Assembly: GCA_965644265.1 (NCBI GenBank)
Contig: OZ286462.1
Coordinates: 51,460,001-51,524,000 of the forward strand
From: Glycera tridactyla
Lineage: Eukaryota
Length of the DNA: 64,000 bases
Reading direction: 5' to 3'
Both the position numbers and the translations under genes were made by a program. The notes under the pieces were generated by a model that saw only the letters and a program-made list of their open reading frames with translations, had not been told where the DNA came from and ran no database searches. Shown here piece after piece: positions 12,750 through 24,783 of the stretch (within the stretch, counting starts at the first letter, position 1; each line of letters opens with the position of its first letter).

Positions 12750-13840
12750 ATCCCATGAGAGATCTTACTGCGATGAATTATGCTCAAACAATGAAAATCC
12801 ACGCAGTTCTATACAAACTATGTCTGTGTATATGTGAGATGATACTCCTTCCATGTAGTCAAACGCGGTACAAAATGTCTGTACATTATCGATTAACTAT
12901 GTCACCATGTCACCCTCTGCTTACAGTATTGCCACTATTCGCGATCTCTTCTGGTCAGAACTAGACCACGCAACTGAAGGATAATCATGCTACTCTTAAG
13001 TCTGTAGACCTAATCGGAGAGCTACCATTATTGTGGTTGCTAATACATAGAACAGTCCATCGATAAGCGGGCTCTTATGTCCATCGTCTTCTCAGATCTT
13101 CTGCTCAATAAGCCTGCATGAGCCATCGATTCAGTTAAGCCACCAGTCAGGGCTGTAACATGAATCTCAACACCTATGATGTAAGGTCGTTGGGTCTGTG
13201 TTATTAGTCAATATTATGCAAGTTGAGAATGATGACATAGCTATCCTATTACCTGGGCTGGGTGGGTGGTACAGTGTTTGACAGCCTTTTATCTGCCAGG
13301 CTATATAGTGAAACGAATGAAACCCCATCCACTGCAACCCAACATATGCTCCTGCATCATGTAGCATGAACTTATTGCCCCCAGATCGTGTGCATTTCTT
13401 TATGATGCAAAGTAGAAGCAACATGTTGAAACTGATTAGGTGTAAGACACAGCTTCTTCCAATGGCATCTCTCTAGATTTGGACAAAGGCAATTACAATC
13501 GACTTGAAAAAGAAATCTTCGTTCAAGAAACAATATATTCATCAGATATGTTTATTTGGTATGTACCTGAAGTTTCACATAGATTACCGGATTTCCTTCC
13601 GTCCTCAAATTGTTCGTCTAGTCTCCCCTCACTATTCCCCGTCTCGAATTTTTCTCTCCCGAAAAATGCATGAGATGCATTATAGTGAGACTAAAACTAA
13701 AAAGCATGATGAAAGGGGAACAAATTGTTTGGCAAATAATGCAGTCATAAAAGCCTTGTCACTTTGCAGGAAGCATGTTCTGTCGCTCAAATGTTCTCTG
13801 TAGATCCCATCACCATCAAGTATGACTTTGAGACAGAAAA

Positions 13841-14754
13841 TCATGTGTGACTGTTTTTTTGCCTGTTTGAGACTGGTTTCCTACAGACAATTTCACACAC
13901 GGTCAAACCGTCTGTACTCTTCCAAATTCAAAATTCCACATGTGATTTTAGTCAAGGTTATTGCCCATGGAAGAGGCAGTGAGAGATACATCCCAATCAC
14001 ACATGCACCCATTTTCAAAATCTTCATACCATTTGTAGCTGAGACAAAGCTCATCCTTACAGGGTGTACAACCACAATGTTCTTTCTCCATGCTTCTCTG
14101 AATATGACACTATACATTGAGATGAGTACAATAGATGCAAGCCATAGACACAAGATAGAAACATCTCTACATATTGATTAGCAAATTCATTCAAGCACTG
14201 CATATCTTCATTCTCCTCATGAAAATTGTATCCAGCATACCCTATCATTACAAACCACAGAGAGCTGATAACACATAAGAGTGTTCTCTTCGTTACATAG
14301 TTCTCTTCGTTACATAGATATGATATTTAAAAGGAAGCATTATGAAGATGTAGCGATCAATTGCTATCAGTACTATTCCACACACATTCCCATAGCCATA
14401 GCACTCTGACAAAAATGTATAGGTCAGACCAAAGATAACTTTTAAATTGTGGGATTGTCCAAGGTCATAAAGCAGGGCAAAAAAGGCTAATGACCCGGGA
14501 TGAGACAAAATATCACAAACTGCCAAGTGCAGTATGAGGATATTTGATAAAGTTTGCAAGTTTTCATACTGGTGAATGGCATAGATTGTCAGTTAATCAC
14601 CAATTAGTGAGAGAAATCCCAATACGACACGTATTATGATGATGACATTCAACATGAAAGGTTCAGAGTCATCCAATAGGTTGCTGTTGTTGAGAGGGAT
14701 GGCAGTCGTTTCAAAGCTGGCCTCTGATATGTTGGATCTTCTGATGGTATCCAT
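13841..14754 (-). pseudogene. GPCR pseudogene (array gene 3), closest paralog of gene 2
   Basis: Starts MDTIRRSNISEASFETTAIPLNNSN, like gene 2. Lesions: TCA>TAA stop at 14593-14595, 17-bp tandem duplication TTCTCTTCGTTACATAG at 14284-14317, 4-bp deletion near 14150, and an ~83-bp deletion near 13890 that removes TM7/NPxxY. The ORF-track fragments 14293-14559, 14057-14248 and 13893-14153 fit these frame offsets. Confidence 0.95.
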
Positions 14755-16219
14755 CTCGCATGAAGGATCTGACTGCGTCTGATCATGCTAAAACAATAAA
14801 AATCAACATAGTAACGAAGTCTATCCAAACTGTGTCTGTGCATATGTGGGATGATGCTGCCTTCATATTTTCAAACAATAATTTGAGAGGTCTGCACATT
14901 ACCAACAGAGGTATGTCACTCTAAAATGACCTTCATGTTTTATTTCCGTATCGCCAATGTTTTCAGTCCCTTCTGTTCATAACTGGACCATGTATTCCAG
15001 GTGATGATGCTTTCCTTCAGTCTGTGGACCTTATCGGAGAGCCTGGATTCCTGTGGTCACTAACTTCATTTATCTCTGTGCCCGTATTTCCCGCATCTCC
15101 TTAGAATGTCTCCTCAGAGAGCCTGCTTGGGCAATCAATCCGACCAAGCCAACGTCCATGATGTGAGGTTGTTGGGCCTGCATTATTCGTCAATACTTTG
15201 AAAGTTGAGAATGATGACATAGTCACCCCATCACCAAGCTATGTGTTGACCACAAACGAAACCACATCCACTGCAAACCTACATGTACTCCCAGATCAGG
15301 TAGCATGAACCTAAAGCCTCCAGATATTGTACATTTCTTCATGATACAAATCAAAAGCAATGTGTGGAAACTTCCAATAACATCTTTTCAGATTTAGACA
15401 CAGGCAATAACAATCGAGTTGGAAAGAAGTCAGTATTTGAGAAACAATATATTGATCAGATATGTGTATTTGGTATGTTCCCAAGGATTCACATAGATCA
15501 AGAGAACCCCGCCACCTTTGTACTTGAACTGCTTGCTCAAGTAGCCTCACAATTCTCAGTCCCAATGTTCTACCCTACCGCAACATACCAGACGGGTTTG
15601 GTGTATACGCACTACCTGATATGCGTTATAGAGACTAAGAGTGTCATGAGATATCCTTGTCAAACCCAATTTGAATTCAGGAATTCTGGGCAGCCATCTC
15701 CGAAATATCTGCATATTGGAACTGTCTTCAAACAAACAGACTGAATTTTGGTTCTCTCTCCACTATACGACACATCACATCAGACACACTCGCACTGCAG
15801 TTGATCCCAGGGTAATTACTTTCGACGTGTTGATGATTTCCACAAAAACTCGACTTGGTGAGAAAGGAACAGTTCAACCATTGTTGAAATCGTTCATGGG
15901 CCATTATTTTCGGAATTGAGCTTATTGTATCGGACACACTGATAAGGTAGACATTTCCCAGACCCTATCTTTCTCACCAGAGCACAGTAACAACGAGAAA
16001 TGTCTAGTTGTCGATTTACCGTGGAGAGGTGGTAATTCAAAAGGGAAGAATGAATGGTGTGGCAGAGATAATAGGGCACAAAAAGATGACATGGAAATGG
16101 GAGAAATGGGGTAATCAATCAAACAGTGAAGGCACACAGGCCTAGTTTTTCAGACTACAGTATTAAGCTGTTCCTCAAACGAAGGTGGAGTCTGGTTCTG
16201 GTTCTGTTGACTGCCTCGT

Positions 16220-16224
<5 letters not shown>

Positions 16225-16267
<43 letters not shown>

Positions 16268-16330
16268 GAGAGGGGAGAGAAAGAGAGAGAGAGGGAGAGA
16301 GAGAATGAGAGAAGGGGAGAGGGGAGAGAT
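16225..16330. repeat. (GA)n microsatellite and purine-rich tract
   Basis: Pure AG dinucleotide run followed by degenerate GA/GGGA repeats. Confidence 0.95.
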
Positions 16331-16951
16331 TTGGGAGCCTGGGAAGTTTGAAAATCCCGCCAAAGAATGGTGGATCAAGTGGGGTGTCAATCAAACTCTG
16401 AACACGCCCACTTAGATGTTGACACGTCACCGGGCGCCCCAGCTTGTGTGATCACCGTGTAAGATTCACCTAAAACACTCGGCGATTCCTCCATGAATTC
16501 TCCAGCAATCTTCGTAATATCGCACACCTGGATAGAACGATATATCACTTTAACTTTCGTGTTTGGATTGTGAGAATCGGACGTTCGAGACTGCTGTTAT
16601 GATGTCACGGATAGGACTTCCCCAGTAATGGCGCTGCCTTTCTCCACTGCGTGTCGCTTCTGATAAAATATTTTTCTCTCTCAATGTTCTCACGCAGTTA
16701 GGCTTCTTCAATATCCGAGTTTAGCAGTATTTCACGCGATAACCAATGCTTCTCACACTATTCGCATATTTTTCATGCAGTTTCGGTTCAATTCTGACGA
16801 TTTTATACCAGCCGTTTACAAATGGTTTCCAACTGACTGTGTGAGTCGAACGTAGTCAAATTGCTCCACAAAATGGACGATTGTAATGCTCAGGTTGAGT
16901 GGGAATCCCAGAGTGAAAACAGTACCGTCTCTGTCGGAAAAATAAAGCACT

Positions 16952-16987
<36 letters not shown>

Positions 16988-17030
16988 ATCAATCAATCAA
17001 TCGATCAATCAATCAATCAAACAATCAATA
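16952..17030. repeat. (ATCA)n microsatellite
   Basis: Tetranucleotide run with a few ATCG variants. Confidence 0.95.
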
Positions 17031-17342
17031 AATGAATCAAAAACCAGGATTACATCAAGCTGTGCTGACTATGGGTTGAATCATGAGAATCAGTTTTATT
17101 TCGTCAATTAGGTAGACTATCTATCTCTATAGTTTCCCCAGCATCAAATGCAATGCAATAGAACGTGAAATTGCCTGGTGACTGAGATATGCTTTGTAAA
17201 CTTCTCATCATATGAAGTTATTCTTCATTTGTACATCAAGCATAGGAATTTATCCTTAGAACCATATCACACACACTCTCGCACATCTGTCGTATACCTA
17301 AGGCTGGGTACAGCCAGGAATCACGTGTGGCAGCTTTGGTTT

Positions 17343-18290
17343 TCACTTGGTCTCCTTGTTCCTGCAGATGATGTCACGGAAAGCTCTTCGAAACTGTGAA
17401 CTCCTCCAGCCATATATGAATGGATTAACAAAGCAATTACAAAGCCAGACAGCTGAGACAGCTGCTGCACACTCGGGATAATCTTCCAGTTCCAGGATAC
17501 GACAGGCATTCAGTGTCAAGCACACCACATATGGGAGAGTCAGGATGATATACATCCCGATCACACATGCACCCATCTTCAAGATCTTCATACCATTAGT
17601 CGCTGGGACCATGTCAACTTCTAAAGGGCGCACTACCACTATATTTCTTCTCCATGCTACTCTAAATATGATACTATACATTAGAATGAGTGCAATATAT
17701 GTAAGCCATAGACTTACACAGTTGGCAAGCAGTTTCGAGTATCGTCCAGGAATGTCAAGTCTGCACCAAATATCCCCAGTCCAGGCATACATATCATAAC
17801 TAGTATACCCCAAAATCATAATCCACATGACAGCAAGGAAATATGCAAGTCTTTTCTCTGTTACATAGATATAATACTTGAGAGGGTGCAGGATAAATAT
17901 ATAGCGATCAATTGCTATTATCAGTACTCCAAATACATTACCATAGGCGTAACACTCGAGGATGAATGTATAAATCCGACAGAAAATCATTCCTGTCTCA
18001 TCAGATTGTCCCCAGTCATAATGGTAGGCAAAATAGGCCAAGGATCCTGGATGAGAAAGGATATCAACAATCGCTAAGTGCAGGATAGGAATGTTTGACA
18101 ATGTTTGCAGGTATTTATACTGATGGATAGCATGGATTGTCAGTGAATTGCCAAAAAGAGAAAGAAATCCGGATATGATACGCACTATGATAATGACTTC
18201 CTTCATGTCAGGTTCTGGGTTATGTGTTGTGTTGCTGTTGTTGGCAGAAATGGGTGCAATTTCAAAGTTTGACTCTGTATTCGTGGCCAT
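17343..18290 (-). CDS. Intronless class A GPCR (array gene 4), 315 aa
   Basis: 7TM pattern; FGN, LAIVD, FCR, AIDRY, TLPY, NPFIY, FRRAF; N-terminal NxS/T sequons. Confidence 0.95.
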   Translation of the reverse strand: MATNTESNFEIAPISANNSNTTHNPEPDMKEVIIIVRIISGFLSLFGNSLTIHAIHQYKYLQTLSNIPILHLAIVDILSHPGSLAYFAYHYDWGQSDETGMIFCRIYTFILECYAYGNVFGVLIIAIDRYIFILHPLKYYIYVTEKRLAYFLAVMWIMILGYTSYDMYAWTGDIWCRLDIPGRYSKLLANCVSLWLTYIALILMYSIIFRVAWRRNIVVVRPLEVDMVPATNGMKILKMGACVIGMYIILTLPYVVCLTLNACRILELEDYPECAAAVSAVWLCNCFVNPFIYGWRSSQFRRAFRDIICRNKETK

Positions 18291-20099
18291 TCTAAATCCA
18301 GTAATCTTGCATGAGGTATCTCACCTCTCAGAATGAAACTTTGTTGACAACTGATATATGATCATGATTCCATACGAATGATCCTGAAATTCGCAGGACT
18401 TAATGTTTCAATCGGAAAATGAGCCCGCTTTGCCACATCTGGAAATTCCGATTCATCATCGTTGATAGCTACATCATTGTGATTGTTGCAATTTGCGTAT
18501 AATACTGCGGAATTCTTCAAAAGACTGGCATCCTCTCTTGTCATCTCGTCACTTCTTAGTTGCAGCACGATATCACCATAATTCATTGTCTTAGTAAGAC
18601 ATACCAAGATGGAGCTATCCGAGTTTGTAAGATGTATACTTTTCTGTAGACCCAATTGGAATGCTTCATCGTTTTTCTGTAGCTGATAAAGATGTCATTC
18701 CTTGGACAGTTGAGCTCATCATGGTTATCTTCCCGATATCCTGATCTGTATATGTTGATAGTCCTGTTTGATGAACTCGCACACTAAAGTAGTATAGCCC
18801 CTCTCCCTGAAGGTGTGTGGTCCTTATGCCAGAATTGTGCACTAATGCTTTGAGAGATGGCTGAGCTATGTGGTTACCTAAGTTCGTGGTGGTAGTGTTT
18901 GACAAGCTTTCATCGAAAGGATTACTCAGTGATCACAAAAAGGCCACATCCATGCACGTCCGCTACCTGCTTACATAAGGGAGAGGGGACTTGATTACCT
19001 CGCCTTTATCACCAGATACAGGTACAGGATCACTAAGCCCGGTGAACCAGTGGTTTATCGGTGTTATCAGAATATAGATCAGTCAAGGGGTCAATTTTAT
19101 CAGCACACCAAGATTGGAGTTGATTTACTGATTCCATTAAAGTGAATGATACAACGCTGCATCGTCACCTTTGTTACCACTTAGGCCTTTCAAACCATGC
19201 AGGAAAGAGGCATGCCATGGATGAAAACTGAACACCATAATATACATGATCATTGAGCATACCGTTCTTATATTTCCAACAAAAATACAATTCTTGCTAA
19301 ACATATGCTGAAACCGAATGCTTTCAGACAGTATCATGCCTTTAATTAGTGTCCGGAGGGTGTGTGTGTGGGGAGGGGGGGGGGGGCGGATCGCACCAGC
19401 AGACAACTGAACCCGCATCCAAATGATCGAAAAGAGGTTGGAATAGAAATTCGAAAAATCTTGCTTCTTCCGAAAAGATGTGAAAACCTATCCATAGTGA
19501 ATAATTGTGCTAATGATAACGACAAGTCCTCATCATTCAACGACCATTCTGCCAGCGTTGGCCCCTCATTGGCCGTCAAGTTCGATAACAATGGTCTTCC
19601 CGAAAACGAGGTAATGCCCTACATCATCCGCCTAGATTGAAAATGATAAATTTAGGTGATTAGAATTGAGTAACAGCTCTAAATCGGGTCCGGATGGTAA
19701 GACCTCTGTCAGAAGTGATGGCTGCACTCGTCTTTAAGCACTTTGCACATGTCTGACTATGTCATTCAGGACCATTACCTTCCATGACAAATGGAAATCA
19801 ACAGCTAATGACGCACTGATGACCTGAGCAAGTTTGTTTGTAAAAGGATTATCGTAATTGCATATGAATATCATATTACATGCAATCTTAGACAGAGGCA
19901 CACAAGAGGCAGATCAACTGAGACAGAATTGAGTAAATACTAGAACTGAACAGACACAAGCAATCTAAGATAAGGATGGCAGTTTTACCAGGTACTGAAC
20001 TTGAAACTCATCTGATGCAATTTGGATGATGACGCAGTTAGGTTATTTCGTCGGCGATAAGACGACTATTCCAATACATATTAGTCTCAGGGAGCCCAA

Positions 20100-23000
20100 T
20101 AGTCCAGGCTCTTAGGGACCCACGGGGGGAGGGGGTATCGCGCAGATTCGTCTAAAAGAGTGAAATTTGGCACAGAGGTAGCCCGGGACATACTAATTCG
20201 ATTTCTGATGGGCGCTGGAGACGGCACCCACTGGGGCTGCCATATTGGCCAAATCCAATATGGCCGCCGGTCACTATTAGGTTCCTCATAGCTTCCAAAC
20301 AAAATGTTGTGGAATCATGAGTGTAGGCTTTTTAATACATTTCCAATCACAAGGTTTCCAAATCAGAACAGTACTTTGATATGGAAGAAGAAATTTTCCT
20401 CACAGGGGCTGCCATGCTGGCAAATCCAATATGGCCACCAGTCACTAATTGCTTTCCAATAGCCTTCGAACGCAATGTTGTAGAATCATGAGTGAAGGTT
20501 CTTTTTATACATTTCCCACTTCAAGGATTCCAAATCTGAACAGCACTTTGACATAAAAGTAGAAATTTTGCAAATTTCACTTGCAGGGGTACATGGATTG
20601 CACCTATGTTGATTAATAATATATAATAAAAGATTCAAGGGACAGTGGGTTGAATAGGGATGAAACTTGAAAAGATGAGGTATTTGTGAAGCCAAAAACA
20701 GTGAGTTTTCCCACTATTCAGACAAAGTAGCTTCTCCAACTATGATAAACCACGCCATGCTGTTCACTTTGCAGGACAGTGAGTTCCTGAATCCTGGTCA
20801 GCCTGCTGTTCCTCGTGCATATCAGCCCATTTGTGCCATAGCAATGTGATTGCATTGGATATTTCCAGATATTGTAGGAGAATATAAATTGGTGATAATG
20901 ATGGAGGCATTGCATATTAGAGACAAATATCATCAGATGATTTGAAAGTTGTGTGATTCAGGCTGGACCACAGTGCTTTCTCAGGTAGAGGTCTTAACAT
21001 CGAGTCATGCTCAGTCAGTTCTTGATGACCATTATATGGAGCATACATGCTATACTCACCAGGTGTCTGCCATATCTCTCCACCTCTTCAAGCAAAAGGC
21101 ATATTTCAGCTATTGTTCTAATATCCATGGACCACTAGAGTCACAAAAGAAGTGGGATCAGAAGTCTAATGCTGTAAATCCTCAGTTCAAGTATTTGTTC
21201 ACCATCATGGAGTCAAGAGCTACTTTTGTGTCGCCTTTTCAGGTCTTTATGTGATGGAGACTTTCTTCACTATATCCAAGTATGTGAAGAGCTCTGCCCA
21301 TGATTTCATTTGATGGACCACACTAACTATGCCTGATGACTGCCTATCCATGTGCGAGACATGATTTAGCTATCACCTCAGCAATTCAGCCTTATTGGAA
21401 ACCAGTAACAGGAACAGTCCAATAAGAGTCTCTAGGCACATGGTGGAGCAGTTGGGCTCAATGAGAATTCTAAGGCATTCACACTCTTCATTATAACAGG
21501 TCCTGATTGTTTGTGGTGTTGAGATTGTTGAACAGTTTGCAAATTCTTTTGCCAGTCGTTGTGAGCATGTGGCACTGAACAGTTAACTCACATCCTCAGG
21601 TCAGTGGAGTAGGCAAAGACCTTCATGCACAGTGCATCTCACAAGTGCTGGACAAGCCAACTGGGTCAATCACAAACCCAATCAAATGCAATAAGATTAT
21701 CACATTTGTGAATTGTCCCATATCTACAAAGAGAGGAATCTCAGCAGAAATGCAGTAGAAAAATAACAAAACTCTTCCTTTCACTACAGTCGAAATCTGA
21801 TGCGGATATAAAGGATTTCTTTGCTCTGAAAACCAAAAAACCCACCAAGTTTGGCAGATCTTGGTACCCATCAATCTGGTAGTGTGTCTGACATCCCAGA
21901 ATGCATCGAAGCACCAATTGGTAATGCAGCGCCAGCCAGATTAGCCTAAATTGTTGAGCTAAATACGGCACCTGTTGCTCATGTGAGACCCACATCAGCA
22001 AGGACATTAACTGATTATGTCACACAACACATGGTACCATCCCAGAAGTCTCAGATGACCTAGATATTTGTATGGATTGATGCTATATGGGACAATAATC
22101 TGAAGATAAGCTCAAGTCCCTAACACATCAGCCACATAGTACAGGACCACAGACAAGGATTGGGGATGGTCTCACACTAATCCCGAAGTATGACTGGAAC
22201 AGTGGATTCCTGAAAAACAATGAAAAAAACAAAGGAGCTATTTGTCTTCCTCAGTGAGGAAATTATAAAGATAGAGCTGGGTGGGGTACTCCTTCTCAGC
22301 ACCAAATTGAAGAGTTTTCTTTCCAGCAGACCATGTAACCCATCAACTCTCAAGCCCTGCGACCATTCTGATGCAGATACAAAGATATTCTTCCATCTTG
22401 CACATACTGCAATACATGGCCACCAGATTGCATGTATTCAAACAAATGACGGTGTTGTGGTGGTCCTTGTCATTTGCTTCCTTCCAACACTTGATCTTGA
22501 TGAGCTTTTGATTTTTTCAGAAAATGGAAAGAAACGCCATGATGTTTTCATCTATATGATCTTTCTTCAAGGCTGGGTCTCTACAGATCTCTGTCCCACC
22601 ATTTTTTTTCATGTTATCAGTGGGTGTGACAGGTCTAGCCAAGGTCAATGGAGCCAGACATTGTGATAAAGATACTATGGGGAATATACGACCCACCCTA
22701 GCAGGATTGTTTGAGCACTTGAAGAGGGTACTGCTTCATGCATGTTTTTGCTGGAATCAGGCAACTTAAGTTCACCAGGAAATTCTTGACTTCACAGAAT
22801 GGGGTGGCAGAAAGGAGGCAATGGTACCTGGTCACCACACCGGACAACACTTGATGGCATGTTCCATCCTTCTGCATTGTGGTAGTTAAAGGTCTTGCAG
22901 TGGGAACTCTGAATGCATCAGAGCTGGAGTCTGCTGCACAGGGTTATATAAATGTCAGGTTAGATTTGTCAACAATCATAACAATTCTTGAAGAAAATAT

Positions 23001-23823
23001 ATTTCATCTTCTGGTGAAGTGGTTGTAAAATGCATCCAAATTTGAAGGCAAATGTGTGAATAATGATGATCCTTACAGAATACACATGACTATATTCAAT
23101 GTACAATTGAGATTCATGCCTGTGTTTAGGTCTTTGACTTTTTGATGGCAAGATTATTTGTCAAAGCATTCCTATGAAAATCATTCCCATCGATGGAAAA
23201 CCTCACTTCATCTCGAATTCTGACTTCAATTTGAGTTCATAGTTGAGATATGTTAAGTCAGAGTCTTAATTGAAAGAGGCCTCATTCATAATCACATATT
23301 GTTCCATTTTGATTTGATTGGAGGACCAAATAGTGACTGACAGGTATATATGACATATCAATGCACTAGCTATTTTAACTGAAATTGTTGTAATAACTTT
23401 TATGTCAAAAGACTGTTCAGATTTGGAATCATTGGTGTTGAGAATTTATTAAAAGAGCCTTCACTCATGATTCTACAACATCTCATTTGGAAGTTATGAG
23501 GAACCAAAGAGTGACTGGGGGCAATATTGGATTTTCTAGTATGGCAGCCCCTGTAAGGAAAATCTCTACTTTCACGTTGAAGTACTGTTCAGATTTGGAA
23601 TCCTTGAGATGAAGACTGTATGAAAAGAGCCTTCATTGGTGATTCTGCAGTGTTTGGTTTGAAGCTATGAGAAGATGAAGTAGCGACTGGAGGCCATATT
23701 GGATTTGGCCAATATGGCGGCCCTAGTGAGCCCCGTCTCCGGCGGCCATCAGGAATACAATTAGTACCAAATTTCACACTTTTAGACGAATCTGCGCAAT
23801 TCTTCCCCTAAGAGTCTGGACTA
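20100..23823 (+). mobile_element. Defective Academ (AcademX-type) DNA transposon with long TIRs and a 3-bp CAA target-site duplication
   Basis: Left end TAGTCCAGGCTCTTAGGG, right end CCCTAAGAGTCTGGACTA; CAA at 20097-20099 and at 23824-23826. The TIRs (~20100-20560 and ~23395-23823) contain ~171-bp subrepeats. Internal broken ORF motifs are DHTNYA**LPIHVRDM (~21316), CDHSDADTKIFFHL and FHVISGCD (XPG/FEN1-like nuclease, ORF 22220-22666), and a C-terminal Cys cluster ACSILLHCGS*RSCSGNSECIRAGVCCTGLYKC (~22858-22960). The family assignment rests on recalled Academ traits. Confidence 0.8.
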
Positions 23824-23919
23824 CAAGGCATTACATGGAGATGAATGGGTCATGAAAGTTCATGCCATGTGATGTAAATCACCGAGTATATGATCCTCAC
23901 TGTAATCATGGTCTACTGT

Positions 23920-24410
23920 CGTCCAACCAATTCCGATTCCATATGTAAGGGTTGATATATTGCGTCATGTATTTGGAATTGTTTGGACAAAATCTACAAA
24001 TCTGCAGATGCTGGCTTTCCCACTGGGGTGCCCATCCTGGATCTAAAGAAAGCCATTGACAAAGTAGACCACAGAATACTGTTGTCGAAGTTCCATGCCT
24101 ATGATTATGAATATAGTGCCTACTGATTGTTCATATCTTATCTTGCGAATGGGAACCAAGTCAATAATGCATTGTAATTTGTTGAGAATATGATTCACAG
24201 GGTCCCCAAGGGGTCAATCCTGGGTGTCCTTTTGTTTGGCATTCATGACAACGACCTCCTTTCCGTGCTCACTGAATCTGATGTACAACTCTATGCAAAT
24301 GACGTGGCAATCTTCACAAGTGACAGTAGTGGGGGGAGTATCGAAGACACGCTGCAACATAATCTTCAGAGCGGTCTTGACTGCTTCAATAAAATCAAAC
24401 GGTCTCAAAA
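23920..24410 (+). mobile_element. Degenerate non-LTR retrotransposon RT fragment (CR1/L2-like)
   Basis: LDLKKAIDKVDHRILLSK; (G)VPKGSILGVLLF..NDL; VQLYANDVAIF, a decayed YADD motif. Confidence 0.8.
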
Positions 24411-24701
24411 AGGCCTGAACCTGTTTTATCAATCAGCCTATTGTAACAAATGTTCAAGAGTGATAGTTGTTGTTGTTGTTGCTGTTGTAATAGTTTCATT
24501 TCATAGAGGGCATGGAGCCGTGGTCATATGACGTGCTCTCATGGCAGCCGTTGGTACTTCAACAAGATGCAAATAGATGAGAGTTCGTTCATATTTACAT
24601 GTATAATACAGGTTTTCAAGGAAAAATTATAGCGATATGAAGACAAATATGGAACTGTCATATACATATGAACGTACCTACTGCATTCGTGTAAACACTG
24701 T

Positions 24702-24783
<82 letters not shown>
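24702..24783. repeat. (GATA)n microsatellite, ~20 copies
   Basis: Pure tetranucleotide run. Confidence 0.97.

Noticed and set aside
18362-18905. Two minus-strand ORFs (79 and 97 aa) upstream of gene 4 as extra exons
   Set aside because: They are in different frames, I found no clear splice signals, and the homologous flanks of genes 2 and 3 contain stops.
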